A stretch of 35,043 nt of DNA from Prevotellaceae bacterium (GCA_031260925.1 JAISKN010000157.1:1-35043), one strand, 5' to 3'. Positions 9,479-18,543 are shown, counted from the stretch's first letter. Notes: a model not told the origin generated them from the sequence alone. Made by a program: numbers and translations.

Positions 9479-11242
9479 ATGAAAAACAAATTATTATACA
9501 TAATAGCAAGTGCAGCATTGATTTTTGCGCTGCCGTCCTGTTTAGACGAAGTTGTTTATTCGTCAATAGGCGAATTTGAAGATTCCAATGACGGCGCAGA
9601 CCAAGCCGTAACAGGAGCATACAGTCAATTTCTCAACGATATGTTCCGTTGGGACCATTTCCCTGCTGTGCTGGACTACGACAACGACTATATCACAGGA
9701 CCAGATTGGGCTTTGCGTTATCTCGGCGCGGGCAATTTTCAGTCGGGCAACTACGATTACAGCACGGACCCGCTCTGGGACCACGTTTATGTTCTCATTC
9801 ACCGCGCCAACGCTGGAATAGAAAGCATCGAAAAAATGAATAATGTCGATGCAAAACGCAAAGCGAACAATATCGGCGAGTTGAAATTTCTCAAAGCATT
9901 GGGCTATTTTTGGCTTGTCAGGGCTTACGGCGAAATTCCCGTACATTACAAATCTGTAAATGCAGGGTCGGATTTCAATCAGCCGCGCCAGCCGATTGCA
10001 ACGGTTTATAAACATATTACCGAACTTTTGCTTGATGCCGAAAGCGAAATCTACAAAAACACAGACGGCTCTTTCCGCAAAGGACACGCCTCAGCAGGCA
10101 CAGCAGCAGGGTTACTGGCAAAAGTGTATCTGACAATGGCATCAGGCTCGGCAGACGAAGGAACGCAAATTATTGTCAAAGGCGGCAAAGCCAGAAACTC
10201 CGACAACAGTTTTACCGACCCGCAGGCAAACACTTTTCAATCAAAAAAAGTTGAAGGCTACGTTTTTGATAAATCTTCAACCGAACTTTTTACCCTTGCC
10301 CGCAACAAAGCGTTTGAAGTTATGAGTGGGAACTTCGGTAATTATGATTTGCTGCCCTACGACCAACTTTGGAGTATTGCAGGGCGCGGAGGTGCAGAAC
10401 ATCTATTTTCTGTTCAGCCGAAAGACGGAGACAACGAGTACGGACTGCGTTTGTCGTGGTATTATACAGGAACAGAAGATGCCTCTGGAATGATTATTGA
10501 CGGATTGATTATCGGCTGCCGCGACCATTGGTATAAACTTTTTGAGAGCAACGATTTGAGAATTGTCAAAGGCGTTATGCACCGTTTTATCGACAAAAGT
10601 TACCACGAATCGTGGAACGGCGGCGGTTTTTATCCGAATAATAAAGAATGGAGTATTATGGCGCGCGGTTTTTATGAGGAAAACGGCGACAGCATCTACA
10701 ACGACCCTGTTACAGGACAGCCGTACATAAAAGATGCAATGTTTAATGACGGCAGGCAGTATGTTTGCGACCAAGAGGCAACGCCAGACAAATACATTGC
10801 GCATTTGATGAAATATTATTACGCTACCGACCGCACAAAAATACGCAGCGATGTACCGTTTCCAGTGTTGCGGTATGCTGATATTTTGCTTATCTTTGCA
10901 GAGGCGGAAAACGAAGTAAATCCGCTTTCAGCAGACGCTTTTGATGCGTTGAACAAAGTGCGCACAAGAAGTTATGCAAGCGCAAAATCTACAACAAATA
11001 TTTCTACAAAAATGGAATTTCGCTCGGAAGTGCTTGATGAACGCGCCCGCGAACTCGCCCTCGAAGGCGACCGCCGCTGGGATTTAATCCGTTGGGGAAT
11101 TTATCTTGATGTAATGAATAAAATTGGAACAGACGAGGCAAGCGTAAATAAAACTCGCGAGAAAAAACATCTTTTATTTCCAATCCCTGTTAGCGAAATG
11201 CTTACAAACAAAGCAATTACAAATAATAATTTTGGTTGGTAA
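9479..11242 (+). CDS. susD: SusD/RagB glycan-binding lipoprotein
   Basis: Lipobox LPSC; GELKFLKALGYFWLVRAYGEIP; RYADILLIFAEAENE; ERARELALEGDRRWDLIRWG; LLFPIP..E. Confidence 0.95.
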   Translation: MKNKLLYIIASAALIFALPSCLDEVVYSSIGEFEDSNDGADQAVTGAYSQFLNDMFRWDHFPAVLDYDNDYITGPDWALRYLGAGNFQSGNYDYSTDPLWDHVYVLIHRANAGIESIEKMNNVDAKRKANNIGELKFLKALGYFWLVRAYGEIPVHYKSVNAGSDFNQPRQPIATVYKHITELLLDAESEIYKNTDGSFRKGHASAGTAAGLLAKVYLTMASGSADEGTQIIVKGGKARNSDNSFTDPQANTFQSKKVEGYVFDKSSTELFTLARNKAFEVMSGNFGNYDLLPYDQLWSIAGRGGAEHLFSVQPKDGDNEYGLRLSWYYTGTEDASGMIIDGLIIGCRDHWYKLFESNDLRIVKGVMHRFIDKSYHESWNGGGFYPNNKEWSIMARGFYEENGDSIYNDPVTGQPYIKDAMFNDGRQYVCDQEATPDKYIAHLMKYYYATDRTKIRSDVPFPVLRYADILLIFAEAENEVNPLSADAFDALNKVRTRSYASAKSTTNISTKMEFRSEVLDERARELALEGDRRWDLIRWGIYLDVMNKIGTDEASVNKTREKKHLLFPIPVSEMLTNKAITNNNFGW

Positions 11243-11248
11243 AAATTA

Positions 11249-11403
11249 ATTTACGATTTATGATTTACGATTAAAATAAAAATTTATAAATAAATCTAAA
11301 ATCATAATTCTAAAATCGTAAATCATAATTCTAAAATCGTAAATCTAAAATCATAAATCTAAAATTGTAAATCGTAAATCGTAAATCATAAATCGTAAAT
11401 CTA
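11249..11403. repeat. Fold-back heptamer array (ATTTACG/ATTTATG x3, then AAATCGT/AAATCAT/AAATCTA x16)
   Basis: 16 units parsed from 11292 to 11403; same family at 31099-31130. Confidence 0.9.
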
Positions 11404-11425
11404 ATTTTTGAAATAATAATAATAT

Positions 11426-12640
11426 ATGAAAAACTTTAAATTTATAATAATCAGCATTTTAGCAATGTTTTTCGTTGCTTGCCAAGACGATATTGTAACT
11501 TGGAACAAAAATTTGACTGACACCTCAACGCCTGACGGACCGCCAGAAATCACAAAAATCATTCTTGCGGGCGACACAGCAGCAAACCCAACAGAAATTA
11601 CATCTGCAAATATGGGCGATGTAATAATTATTTATGGGAAAAATCTGTGCCAAATATCGTCAATCACTTTCAACGGGTTGGAGGTAAATTATCGCGACTG
11701 GTACGCAGCCAAAGAGTTTGTGTCTGTGCCTATTCCCCGCTCGCTGCTCGAAGAAAGTCAGGTTACAAACAAGGTAGTGATTACCACTTCCAAAGGCACA
11801 GTTTCGCACGACTTGCAAGTGGCTGCGCCGCGGCTGCTAATCAACGGACTTTACAACGAATTTGCCGCACCGGGTGAAACTGTGCAGGTTTTAGGCGACA
11901 ATTTCGATTTGTACGCTGTCGGCAAAAATGCAGCAGGTGAAAACGATTTTCTCAACGGCGATGTGTCATTAGACGGCGACCCGATTGAAATTATTTCTGT
12001 TACGCGAAATATTATCACGCTTAAAATACCCGAAAATACGGCTGACGGTGCTGTTTTTGAAGTGTCAAGCGAAGTGTATCGCTCGCACGGCGGCACAGAG
12101 CCAGCCAAATTTGCTTTCCGCGAACTTGGAACTTTAATGATGACTGAATATGACAATTGGGGTTCAGACGATTTTTCGGGCGACGGCACAAAAGCGGGCG
12201 ACCCTGCTCCGCTCTACGGCATTTCGTGGTATGTCCGCGTGGCAGGCACTTTTCCGGGAGACGGCTGGTATTGGATTTTCGGCGGCGGCGCAAATATTAC
12301 AGATGCCGATGTGGCAGCAAACCCGCAAAATTACGATTTGAAATTTGAGTTTCTTACCGCTGCGGGAAAACCTTTCGGCGTAGGCAACCTTGAATTTACC
12401 ATAGCACAGGGTGAGCGCAACTCGTGGGCAGCAGGCGCAGGCGGCGCAATGGCACTCGAAACAGGCGGAAATTGGAAAACTATGACTTTTGATTTCCAAT
12501 CGTTTTTCGACACATCAAAAGTGCATACAGGCGCAACAGCATACAATGAGTTTGCAATCGCTTATCAAGTGGCTGCACCAGAAGAAATTAATGTAGATTT
12601 TTGCATTGCAAACGCAAGAATTGTTAAAAAAATGAATTAA
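11426..12640 (+). CDS. Surface glycan-binding lipoprotein (SGBP-B-like: IPT/TIG domains plus C-terminal binding domain)
   Basis: Lipobox VAC; G..IIIYGKNL and PGETVQVLGDNF IPT motifs; YDLKFEF..., WKTMTF; lies directly after susD. Confidence 0.8.
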   Translation: MKNFKFIIISILAMFFVACQDDIVTWNKNLTDTSTPDGPPEITKIILAGDTAANPTEITSANMGDVIIIYGKNLCQISSITFNGLEVNYRDWYAAKEFVSVPIPRSLLEESQVTNKVVITTSKGTVSHDLQVAAPRLLINGLYNEFAAPGETVQVLGDNFDLYAVGKNAAGENDFLNGDVSLDGDPIEIISVTRNIITLKIPENTADGAVFEVSSEVYRSHGGTEPAKFAFRELGTLMMTEYDNWGSDDFSGDGTKAGDPAPLYGISWYVRVAGTFPGDGWYWIFGGGANITDADVAANPQNYDLKFEFLTAAGKPFGVGNLEFTIAQGERNSWAAGAGGAMALETGGNWKTMTFDFQSFFDTSKVHTGATAYNEFAIAYQVAAPEEINVDFCIANARIVKKMN

Positions 12641-12642
12641 AT

Positions 12643-12841
12643 AGTTCTGAAAGAACAAACTTTTCATAACCGCAGGCGAGCGGAGCGTTGCCTGCGGAAA
12701 AACAGAGAGCCGCCAAACTGCCTGTAAGGCAGAACTAAAACAATGAAAAGTTTTGCCTTTCAGGCAACAAAATATAGTGATTGCTTACCGCAGATTGCGT
12801 TTCACTTATCTGCGGTTATGAAAATCAAGCCCTTTCGGGCT
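12643..12841. repeat. REPIN/BIME-like composite palindrome (about 200 bp)
   Basis: Terminal mini-hairpins GTTCtgaaaGAAC and AGCCCtttcGGGCT; TTTTCATAACCGCAG / CTGCGGTTATGAAAA arms; inner TGCCTGTAAGGCA / TGCCTTTCAGGCA. Confidence 0.85.
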
Positions 12842-12876
12842 AAAATATAATTCTTGAAACAAAAATAATAATAATA

Positions 12877-14493
12877 ATGAAAAAATTTTATTCAATATTA
12901 ATTGTCGCAGCAATACTGTTTTCTGCCTGCGAAGACAACAAGCCTTACCCGCAGCCCAAAGGCACTGTGCCTGCTGCAACTTCGATTTCGCCTAACGAAA
13001 ACGTTAAGGCGGGAACTGTTGTGTCAATCGAAGGCACAAACCTTGATTCTGTAAAACAAATTCGTTTCGGCGAAAAAAGTTTGGTTGAAAAAGATTCATT
13101 TTTGCTTGTTTCGGCAACAAAAATAGAATTTGAATTGCCAAAAGACGCGCCGAGCGGCGAGGTTTATCTTGTGGCAGCCGAAAGTTATGTGCCTAATGTG
13201 CTGGCGGGGACAATCAGCGTTGTCTATCCGACTTTGCAGAGCGTTACGCCGGAAAATATTACGGGCGGCACTCAAATTACGCTCACAGGCACAGACCTTG
13301 ACCTTGTGCAGTATATTGAAATCGGCGGCACTCGCCTGATGAATATTGCGCCCGACACGTTAAGCGGTTTCACGCTGCTCACTGCCGATTGCCCTGATAA
13401 TATTGTCGGCGGACAGTTGAAAATATTTTCATACAACGGCAAAGAAATTGCATACGAAACCCCTTTTAATGAGATTTTGCCTGTAATTACATCAATTTCT
13501 CCAGACGAGGCAGACCCGCAGGGCGGCACGCTCACAATAGCAGGCACAGGCTTGGAGTCGGTAGCAAAAGTGCTTGTCGGCGATTTGGAATTGACAAACA
13601 TTGTAAAAACGCCAACCCTGCTCACCGCTGAATATTCGTCTGACATTGCCGAAGGACAGTTGAAACTTGTTACCACCAACGGCACAGAAGTTTTGGGCAG
13701 AGATATTATGCTGCAAATTATCGCGCCCGCGCCCGATTCTATTTCGGCAACGGTATTTCAGGGCGGAATTTTGGTAATTGGAGGTAATTATCTAAAAGAC
13801 GTTTTGCGCATTGATTTCTCAACAGGCGGCAATGTTTTGGCAAAAGATTTTTTGAGCCAAAGCCATTGGAAAATTGTTTTAAGAATGCCTGCCAATGCAA
13901 CCATTGCAAACGGAGTAACAGCCACTTTGAGAGCATATTCCGATGCGGCTCACTCGGATTTTTATCTGATAAATACAGATGCTTTTAATGTTTATCAAAA
14001 AATTCCGACAGACTATGCAATTTTTAATTTTGACGGTGCAAACTCAATAGCAACAAACTATTACAGCACCGCAAACGAACTTGAAACTTCGCTTGACGGC
14101 ACTGCCTACGGCGCAGTTTCGGCAGAAATTACATCAGAGCCGATTACAATATTACGGCGCGGCTCCCGCCCGAATATGACGGGGTTTGTTTATAATAATT
14201 CAAAAATTGCGCTTGCGGTAAATGTAAAAGAAATTCCATTTTCACTATTTAATCTTAAATTTTATTTAAAAGTAAATGGAAAAGATTTTTATCAAACATT
14301 TACCATAAATAATGCTGTAAATGGCTGGTACAGAATAGAGTTGCCAATAAGCGATTTTGCAACTGCCGCCAGCGAACAGATTACAGAGGCAGATTTTAAC
14401 GGGTCATTCGCACTTTTTGCACTGATATCCGACACAAGCGAAGGCAACGTTAATTTTTTGATTGACAACGTGGTATTTATTACTGGAAATTAA
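12877..14493 (+). CDS. Lipoprotein with about four IPT/TIG domains and a C-terminal CBM-like domain
   Basis: Lipobox SAC; repeated I.GTNL/GTDL/GTGL/GNYL motifs; GWYRIELPISDF...FLIDNV tail. Confidence 0.8.
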   Translation: MKKFYSILIVAAILFSACEDNKPYPQPKGTVPAATSISPNENVKAGTVVSIEGTNLDSVKQIRFGEKSLVEKDSFLLVSATKIEFELPKDAPSGEVYLVAAESYVPNVLAGTISVVYPTLQSVTPENITGGTQITLTGTDLDLVQYIEIGGTRLMNIAPDTLSGFTLLTADCPDNIVGGQLKIFSYNGKEIAYETPFNEILPVITSISPDEADPQGGTLTIAGTGLESVAKVLVGDLELTNIVKTPTLLTAEYSSDIAEGQLKLVTTNGTEVLGRDIMLQIIAPAPDSISATVFQGGILVIGGNYLKDVLRIDFSTGGNVLAKDFLSQSHWKIVLRMPANATIANGVTATLRAYSDAAHSDFYLINTDAFNVYQKIPTDYAIFNFDGANSIATNYYSTANELETSLDGTAYGAVSAEITSEPITILRRGSRPNMTGFVYNNSKIALAVNVKEIPFSLFNLKFYLKVNGKDFYQTFTINNAVNGWYRIELPISDFATAASEQITEADFNGSFALFALISDTSEGNVNFLIDNVVFITGN

Positions 14494-14782
14494 AGGTGAT
14501 GTGGTAATGTGAGTTGGTGATTTGTTGATGTGGTTATTTGGTGATTTGAATTGGTTATTTGAATGGTTGATTTGTTGATGTGGTTATTTGGTTATTTGTT
14601 AATAACAACAACAATAAATATCAATCAAACAATATCATCAAATCAACAATAATATCAAATAACCAAATCAACAAATAACCAAATCAACAAATAACCAAAT
14701 CAACAAATAACCAAATAATCAAATCAACAAATAACCAAATCAACAAATAACCAAATAATCAATAACAAACAAATAAACAAAT
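14494..14782. repeat. Fold-back 8-mer array (C-free half, then G-free half)
   Basis: 14494-14600 has no C and 14601-14823 has no G; same units and junction as 5676-5890. Confidence 0.92.
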
Positions 14783-14821
14783 TTTATTCACTTTATTTAT
14801 TAATTAAAAAACTTTTTTATT

Positions 14822-16075
14822 ATGAGAATTAATTTTTCAAAACTGTTTTTAGCAGTTAGTTTAGTGGCAGGGTTGGCATTCACATCTTGCAAGCCTCCTG
14901 TTGTAACCGCAGACGACCCGACCATTAGCGGCGTAACGCCCACAGAGGTTGCCATCGGTGATGTAATCACGATTTCGGGTACGAATTTAGACCTCGTTAC
15001 CGAAGTTGGTTTTGGCGCAGAGCCTTATGTAAAAGTTGCCAAAGCGCAATTTACATCTGTTTCTGCTACAGAAATTAAGGTTGCAGTTCCTGCAATCACT
15101 TTCCCCGCAAGCGTTGCTGTGTTCGGAAACGACAAGACAATCGTTTGGGGCGGAACTTTGACAGAGAAAGGCGAAGAGCCACAAGCCCCGCCAACCGCAA
15201 CAACTACTGCTGCTGGAACTCTTACAGGCGGCGTTATTGCTGTATTTGCACCGAGCCACACACCCGGCACAGAAATCACATTTGAGGTTTCAACCGACCT
15301 TACAAATGTAGAAAACGATGCTATTACCGTACTTTGCGGCGAAAACGAAGTAGAACTCGGCTCGTGGGCAAGCACTTTTGGTGCTGATGACAAGGGAATT
15401 GTTACAAATTTCCCCACAGAAGTAGAACTCGGCAAAAACTACAAATTTACCGTTAAAATCAACGGCGAACTTGTTGGAACTGCTGTTGTAAAAGCCGACT
15501 TGGTTATTTTCGGTTTTGCAAAATCAACACTTGGCTGGAACGGCGGCATTGGCTCAGGCTCGTATCACAATGTTGATTGTGTAACAAAAGCAGACGCTCC
15601 AAGCACTGACTATTATTTGTCTTTTGATGTAGCGGCAATGCCAGCATCAAGCGGTGCGTGGGCTATTTTTATTATTGAAAATCAATATGTTACTTTCCCA
15701 AATGCTTTGATGACAAATCAAGATGCTATTGGTGCAAGAGTTAGAATTGGTGCAGGTTGCGGCGATGATATTTGCTTGCGATTTAACATTTCTGCTGGCG
15801 GCAAAGATTACGGCTACGATTTTGCAATAGGCGACCTTACCGCAACACGCGGAGAATGGGTTGATGTTGTATTCCCACTTGATAACTTCTTCTGGTGGAA
15901 TGACCAAGCAGGTGCAAATGAAGTTTTGACTGAAAATGTACCTGACTTTAAAGGTGCAGAAATCACAAAATGGGGTGTTGCAAACAATATCGCACCGTGG
16001 GACGCTCGCGGCGGCATTGGCGAAGGACAACCGCTTGTTTTTGACATTGACAACATTCGTTTAATAAAACAATAA
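14822..16075 (+). CDS. Lipoprotein with an IPT/TIG domain and a C-terminal CBM-like beta-sandwich
   Basis: Lipobox TSC; GDVITISGTNL; GEWVDVVFPLDNF; FDIDNIRL. Confidence 0.8.
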   Translation: MRINFSKLFLAVSLVAGLAFTSCKPPVVTADDPTISGVTPTEVAIGDVITISGTNLDLVTEVGFGAEPYVKVAKAQFTSVSATEIKVAVPAITFPASVAVFGNDKTIVWGGTLTEKGEEPQAPPTATTTAAGTLTGGVIAVFAPSHTPGTEITFEVSTDLTNVENDAITVLCGENEVELGSWASTFGADDKGIVTNFPTEVELGKNYKFTVKINGELVGTAVVKADLVIFGFAKSTLGWNGGIGSGSYHNVDCVTKADAPSTDYYLSFDVAAMPASSGAWAIFIIENQYVTFPNALMTNQDAIGARVRIGAGCGDDICLRFNISAGGKDYGYDFAIGDLTATRGEWVDVVFPLDNFFWWNDQAGANEVLTENVPDFKGAEITKWGVANNIAPWDARGGIGEGQPLVFDIDNIRLIKQ

Positions 16076-16100
16076 TTTTAAAAACGTATTGTAATTATGG

Positions 16101-16140
16101 AAATGGGGGAGGTTTTTGCCCTTCCCCATTTTTTATTTTT
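16101..16140 (+). terminator. Rho-independent terminator ending the PUL
   Basis: AAATGGGGGAGG-loop-CCTTCCCCATTT followed by a T-rich tail. Confidence 0.8.
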
Positions 16141-16184
16141 TACAAGATTAACAAAATTTGCAGAATTAACAAATTCTAAAATTA

Positions 16185-16410
16185 TGGTTAATAATTTTTT
16201 TGAGGTGCTATTAAAATAAATTTTGGTAGTAACTAAAAAAACAGGTGTCATTCCCGCGCAGGCGGGAATCTCCTTGCTTCATTGTACAAATGGGATTCCC
16301 GCCTGCGCGGGAATGACAGGTTACTTCATTTTATTCTGTTTATTTAATTGTTTTTCTATTATCTTAATAATTTTTTTAAACTAATACCACCTCAAAAAAA
16401 TTATTAACCA
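16185..16410. mobile_element. MITE-like element with 29-bp terminal inverted repeats enclosing a dRS3-like palindrome
   Basis: TGGTTAATAATTTTTTTGAGGTGCTATTA (16185-16213) vs reverse complement of 16382-16410: 28/29; no clear target-site duplication. Confidence 0.6.
16246..16318. repeat. GTCATTCCCGCG.AGGCGGGAATC double hairpin (two ATTCCC-N8-GGGAAT units)
   Basis: Copies at 18600-18672 and 34130-34210. Confidence 0.9.
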
Positions 16411-16446
16411 CCAAATTCAAAACTTTAATCATTGAAAAAAAAATTG

Positions 16447-16454
16447 TAACTTTG
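16447..16454 (+). promoter_or_regulatory. -7 box (TAACTTTG) for def
   Basis: Matches TAnnTTTG about 58 nt upstream of the ATG at 16513. Confidence 0.6.
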
Positions 16455-16512
16455 CACGTTTTTTGTAATCAAAAAATTATTCATTAATTAATTGTTAATT
16501 ATTTATAAAAAA

Positions 16513-17070
16513 ATGATATTACCTATTGTATTATACGGAAATTCTATCTTGCGCGAAGTGGCGAAACCTGTTGAAAAAGACTTTCCAAATTTAACGCAAC
16601 TCGTTGAAAATATGTATGAAACGATGCGCAAAGCCGAAGGCATCGGGCTTGCCGCGCCGCAAATCGGGCAGTCGATACGCCTTATTGTCATTGATGTAAC
16701 CACGCTAAAAGGCGAAAAAGATTACCCCGAACTTGCTACTGCGCCAGACACGCTCACGCTGGTAAATCCGACAGTTTTGGAGCATTTTGGCGAAATGATT
16801 TCAAAAGAGGAAGGCTGTTTGAGTTTGCCGAAAATTCACGAAAGAGTTATTCGCCCAAACGGAATAAAAATTAAATATTTTGACACTGATTTCAACGAGC
16901 ATACAAGCGAATTTGAGGGCTTTTTTGCCCGCGCCATTCAGCACGAACTCGACCATATTGACGGACACGTTTTTACCGACAGAATTTCTCCACTCCGCAA
17001 ACAGATGATTAAATCTAAACTTTTTGACATTATTAAAAAGAAAACAAATTGCGGATACAAAGTTAAATAA
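16513..17070 (+). CDS. def: Peptide deformylase
   Basis: GIGLAAPQIG, EGCLS and QHELDH motifs; MILPIVLYG start. Confidence 0.96.
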   Translation: MILPIVLYGNSILREVAKPVEKDFPNLTQLVENMYETMRKAEGIGLAAPQIGQSIRLIVIDVTTLKGEKDYPELATAPDTLTLVNPTVLEHFGEMISKEEGCLSLPKIHERVIRPNGIKIKYFDTDFNEHTSEFEGFFARAIQHELDHIDGHVFTDRISPLRKQMIKSKLFDIIKKKTNCGYKVK

Positions 17071-17272
17071 AACTAAGAACTAAGAGTTAAGAAATAAGAA
17101 ATAAGAAATAAGAAATAAGAAATAAGAACAAAAATAGCCGTCTTTGAACCACGATTTTTACAAGATTTATAGATGACCAAGATAAAATCTGCGTAAATCA
17201 GTTAAATCTGCGTTATCTGCGTGCTAAAAGAAATTGAAAATTAATCATTAAAAATTAACAATTAATCATTAT
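17071..17272. repeat. AAGAAAT heptamer array, 9-mer-type palindrome arms and TAATCAT units
   Basis: AAGAAAT repeats at 17089-17127; ATCTGCGT..ATCTGCGTTATCTGCGTGCT at 17187-17225 matches 23266-23304 and 32242-32280. Confidence 0.8.
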
Positions 17273-17277
17273 AAAAA

Positions 17278-18543
17278 ATGCGATTAGTAGTAACAGGCGC
17301 GCAATGGGGCGATGAGGGAAAAGGCAAAATGACCGATTTTCTCGCTCAAAAATCTGACGTTGTTGTTCGTTATCAAGGCGGAAACAACGCAGGACACACT
17401 ATCCTTTTCAACGGCAATAAATATGCGTTGCAGAGCATTCCATCGGGCATTTTCAACCCGAAAATCAAAAACGTAATGGCAAACGGAATGGTTGTCAATC
17501 CGAAAGCCGCGTTGGAGGAACTTGCAAAACTGCATTCGATGGGAATTACCGATTACCAACTTTTTATTTCCGACCGCGCAGCCGTGATTATGCCTTACCA
17601 TATCGCACTTGACGGTGCATACGAAACTGCCAAAGGCGGAAAAATGATTGGCACAACCAAAAAAGGCATTGGCACGGCTTATGCTGATAAATACGCGCGT
17701 ATCGGCATTCGTATCGGCGATTTGCTCGACCGTGATTATTTTGCCGAACGACTAAATGATGCTTTGTCAGTGAAAAACCTTGAACTCAAAATGCTTGGGC
17801 TGGAAACAATGGAGTTTGAGCCGCTTTTTGAGGAATATTTGGAATATGGACAAAAATTAAAACCATTTATTTGCGACACATCAATTTTGCTTAACAAAGA
17901 GGTTGAAAAAGACTCAAACATTCTTTTTGAAGGCGCGCAGGGAGTAATGTTGTGCATCGAACACGGCACTTATCCCTTTGTTACTTCGTCTTCGCCATCG
18001 ACTATCGGCGTGCCGATTGGTACAGGCATTCCGCCGAAATATATTGACCACGCACTCGGAATTTGCAAAGCCTATAATACCCGTGTCGGTGCAGGCTCTT
18101 TTCCGACCGAACTTGACGGCGATTTGGCGCACTGGATTAGAGAACGCGGACACGAATACGGCACTGTTACAGGTCGCCCGCGCCGTGTGGGCTACCTCGA
18201 TACTGTCGCTTTGCGCCACGCTTGCAGAATTTCAGGACTTGACAGCCTCGCAATAATGCTTTTTGATGTGCTTTCTGGCATTTCAGAACTCAAAATCTGC
18301 ACAAACTACGAACTTGACGGTGAAATCATTGACTTCATTCCTTCAACTTTGAGCGCGTATAACCGTTGCAAGCCTGTTTTTATTGATATGCCGATTTGGA
18401 ACGAAGACATCACGCAAATAAAATCTTTCGGTGATTTGCCTGAAAATGCAAAATTCTACCTCAAAAAAATCGAAGAATTAGTCAAAACAAAAATTGCCTA
18501 CGTTTCCGTAGGACCAGACAGAACACAGACGATTGAAATTTAA
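17278..18543 (+). CDS. purA: Adenylosuccinate synthetase
   Basis: QWGDEGKGK, RYQGGNNAGHT, IGTTKKGIG, EGAQG, GTYPFVTSS, EYGTVTGRPRR, SVGPDR. Confidence 0.97.
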   Translation: MRLVVTGAQWGDEGKGKMTDFLAQKSDVVVRYQGGNNAGHTILFNGNKYALQSIPSGIFNPKIKNVMANGMVVNPKAALEELAKLHSMGITDYQLFISDRAAVIMPYHIALDGAYETAKGGKMIGTTKKGIGTAYADKYARIGIRIGDLLDRDYFAERLNDALSVKNLELKMLGLETMEFEPLFEEYLEYGQKLKPFICDTSILLNKEVEKDSNILFEGAQGVMLCIEHGTYPFVTSSSPSTIGVPIGTGIPPKYIDHALGICKAYNTRVGAGSFPTELDGDLAHWIRERGHEYGTVTGRPRRVGYLDTVALRHACRISGLDSLAIMLFDVLSGISELKICTNYELDGEIIDFIPSTLSAYNRCKPVFIDMPIWNEDITQIKSFGDLPENAKFYLKKIEELVKTKIAYVSVGPDRTQTIEI

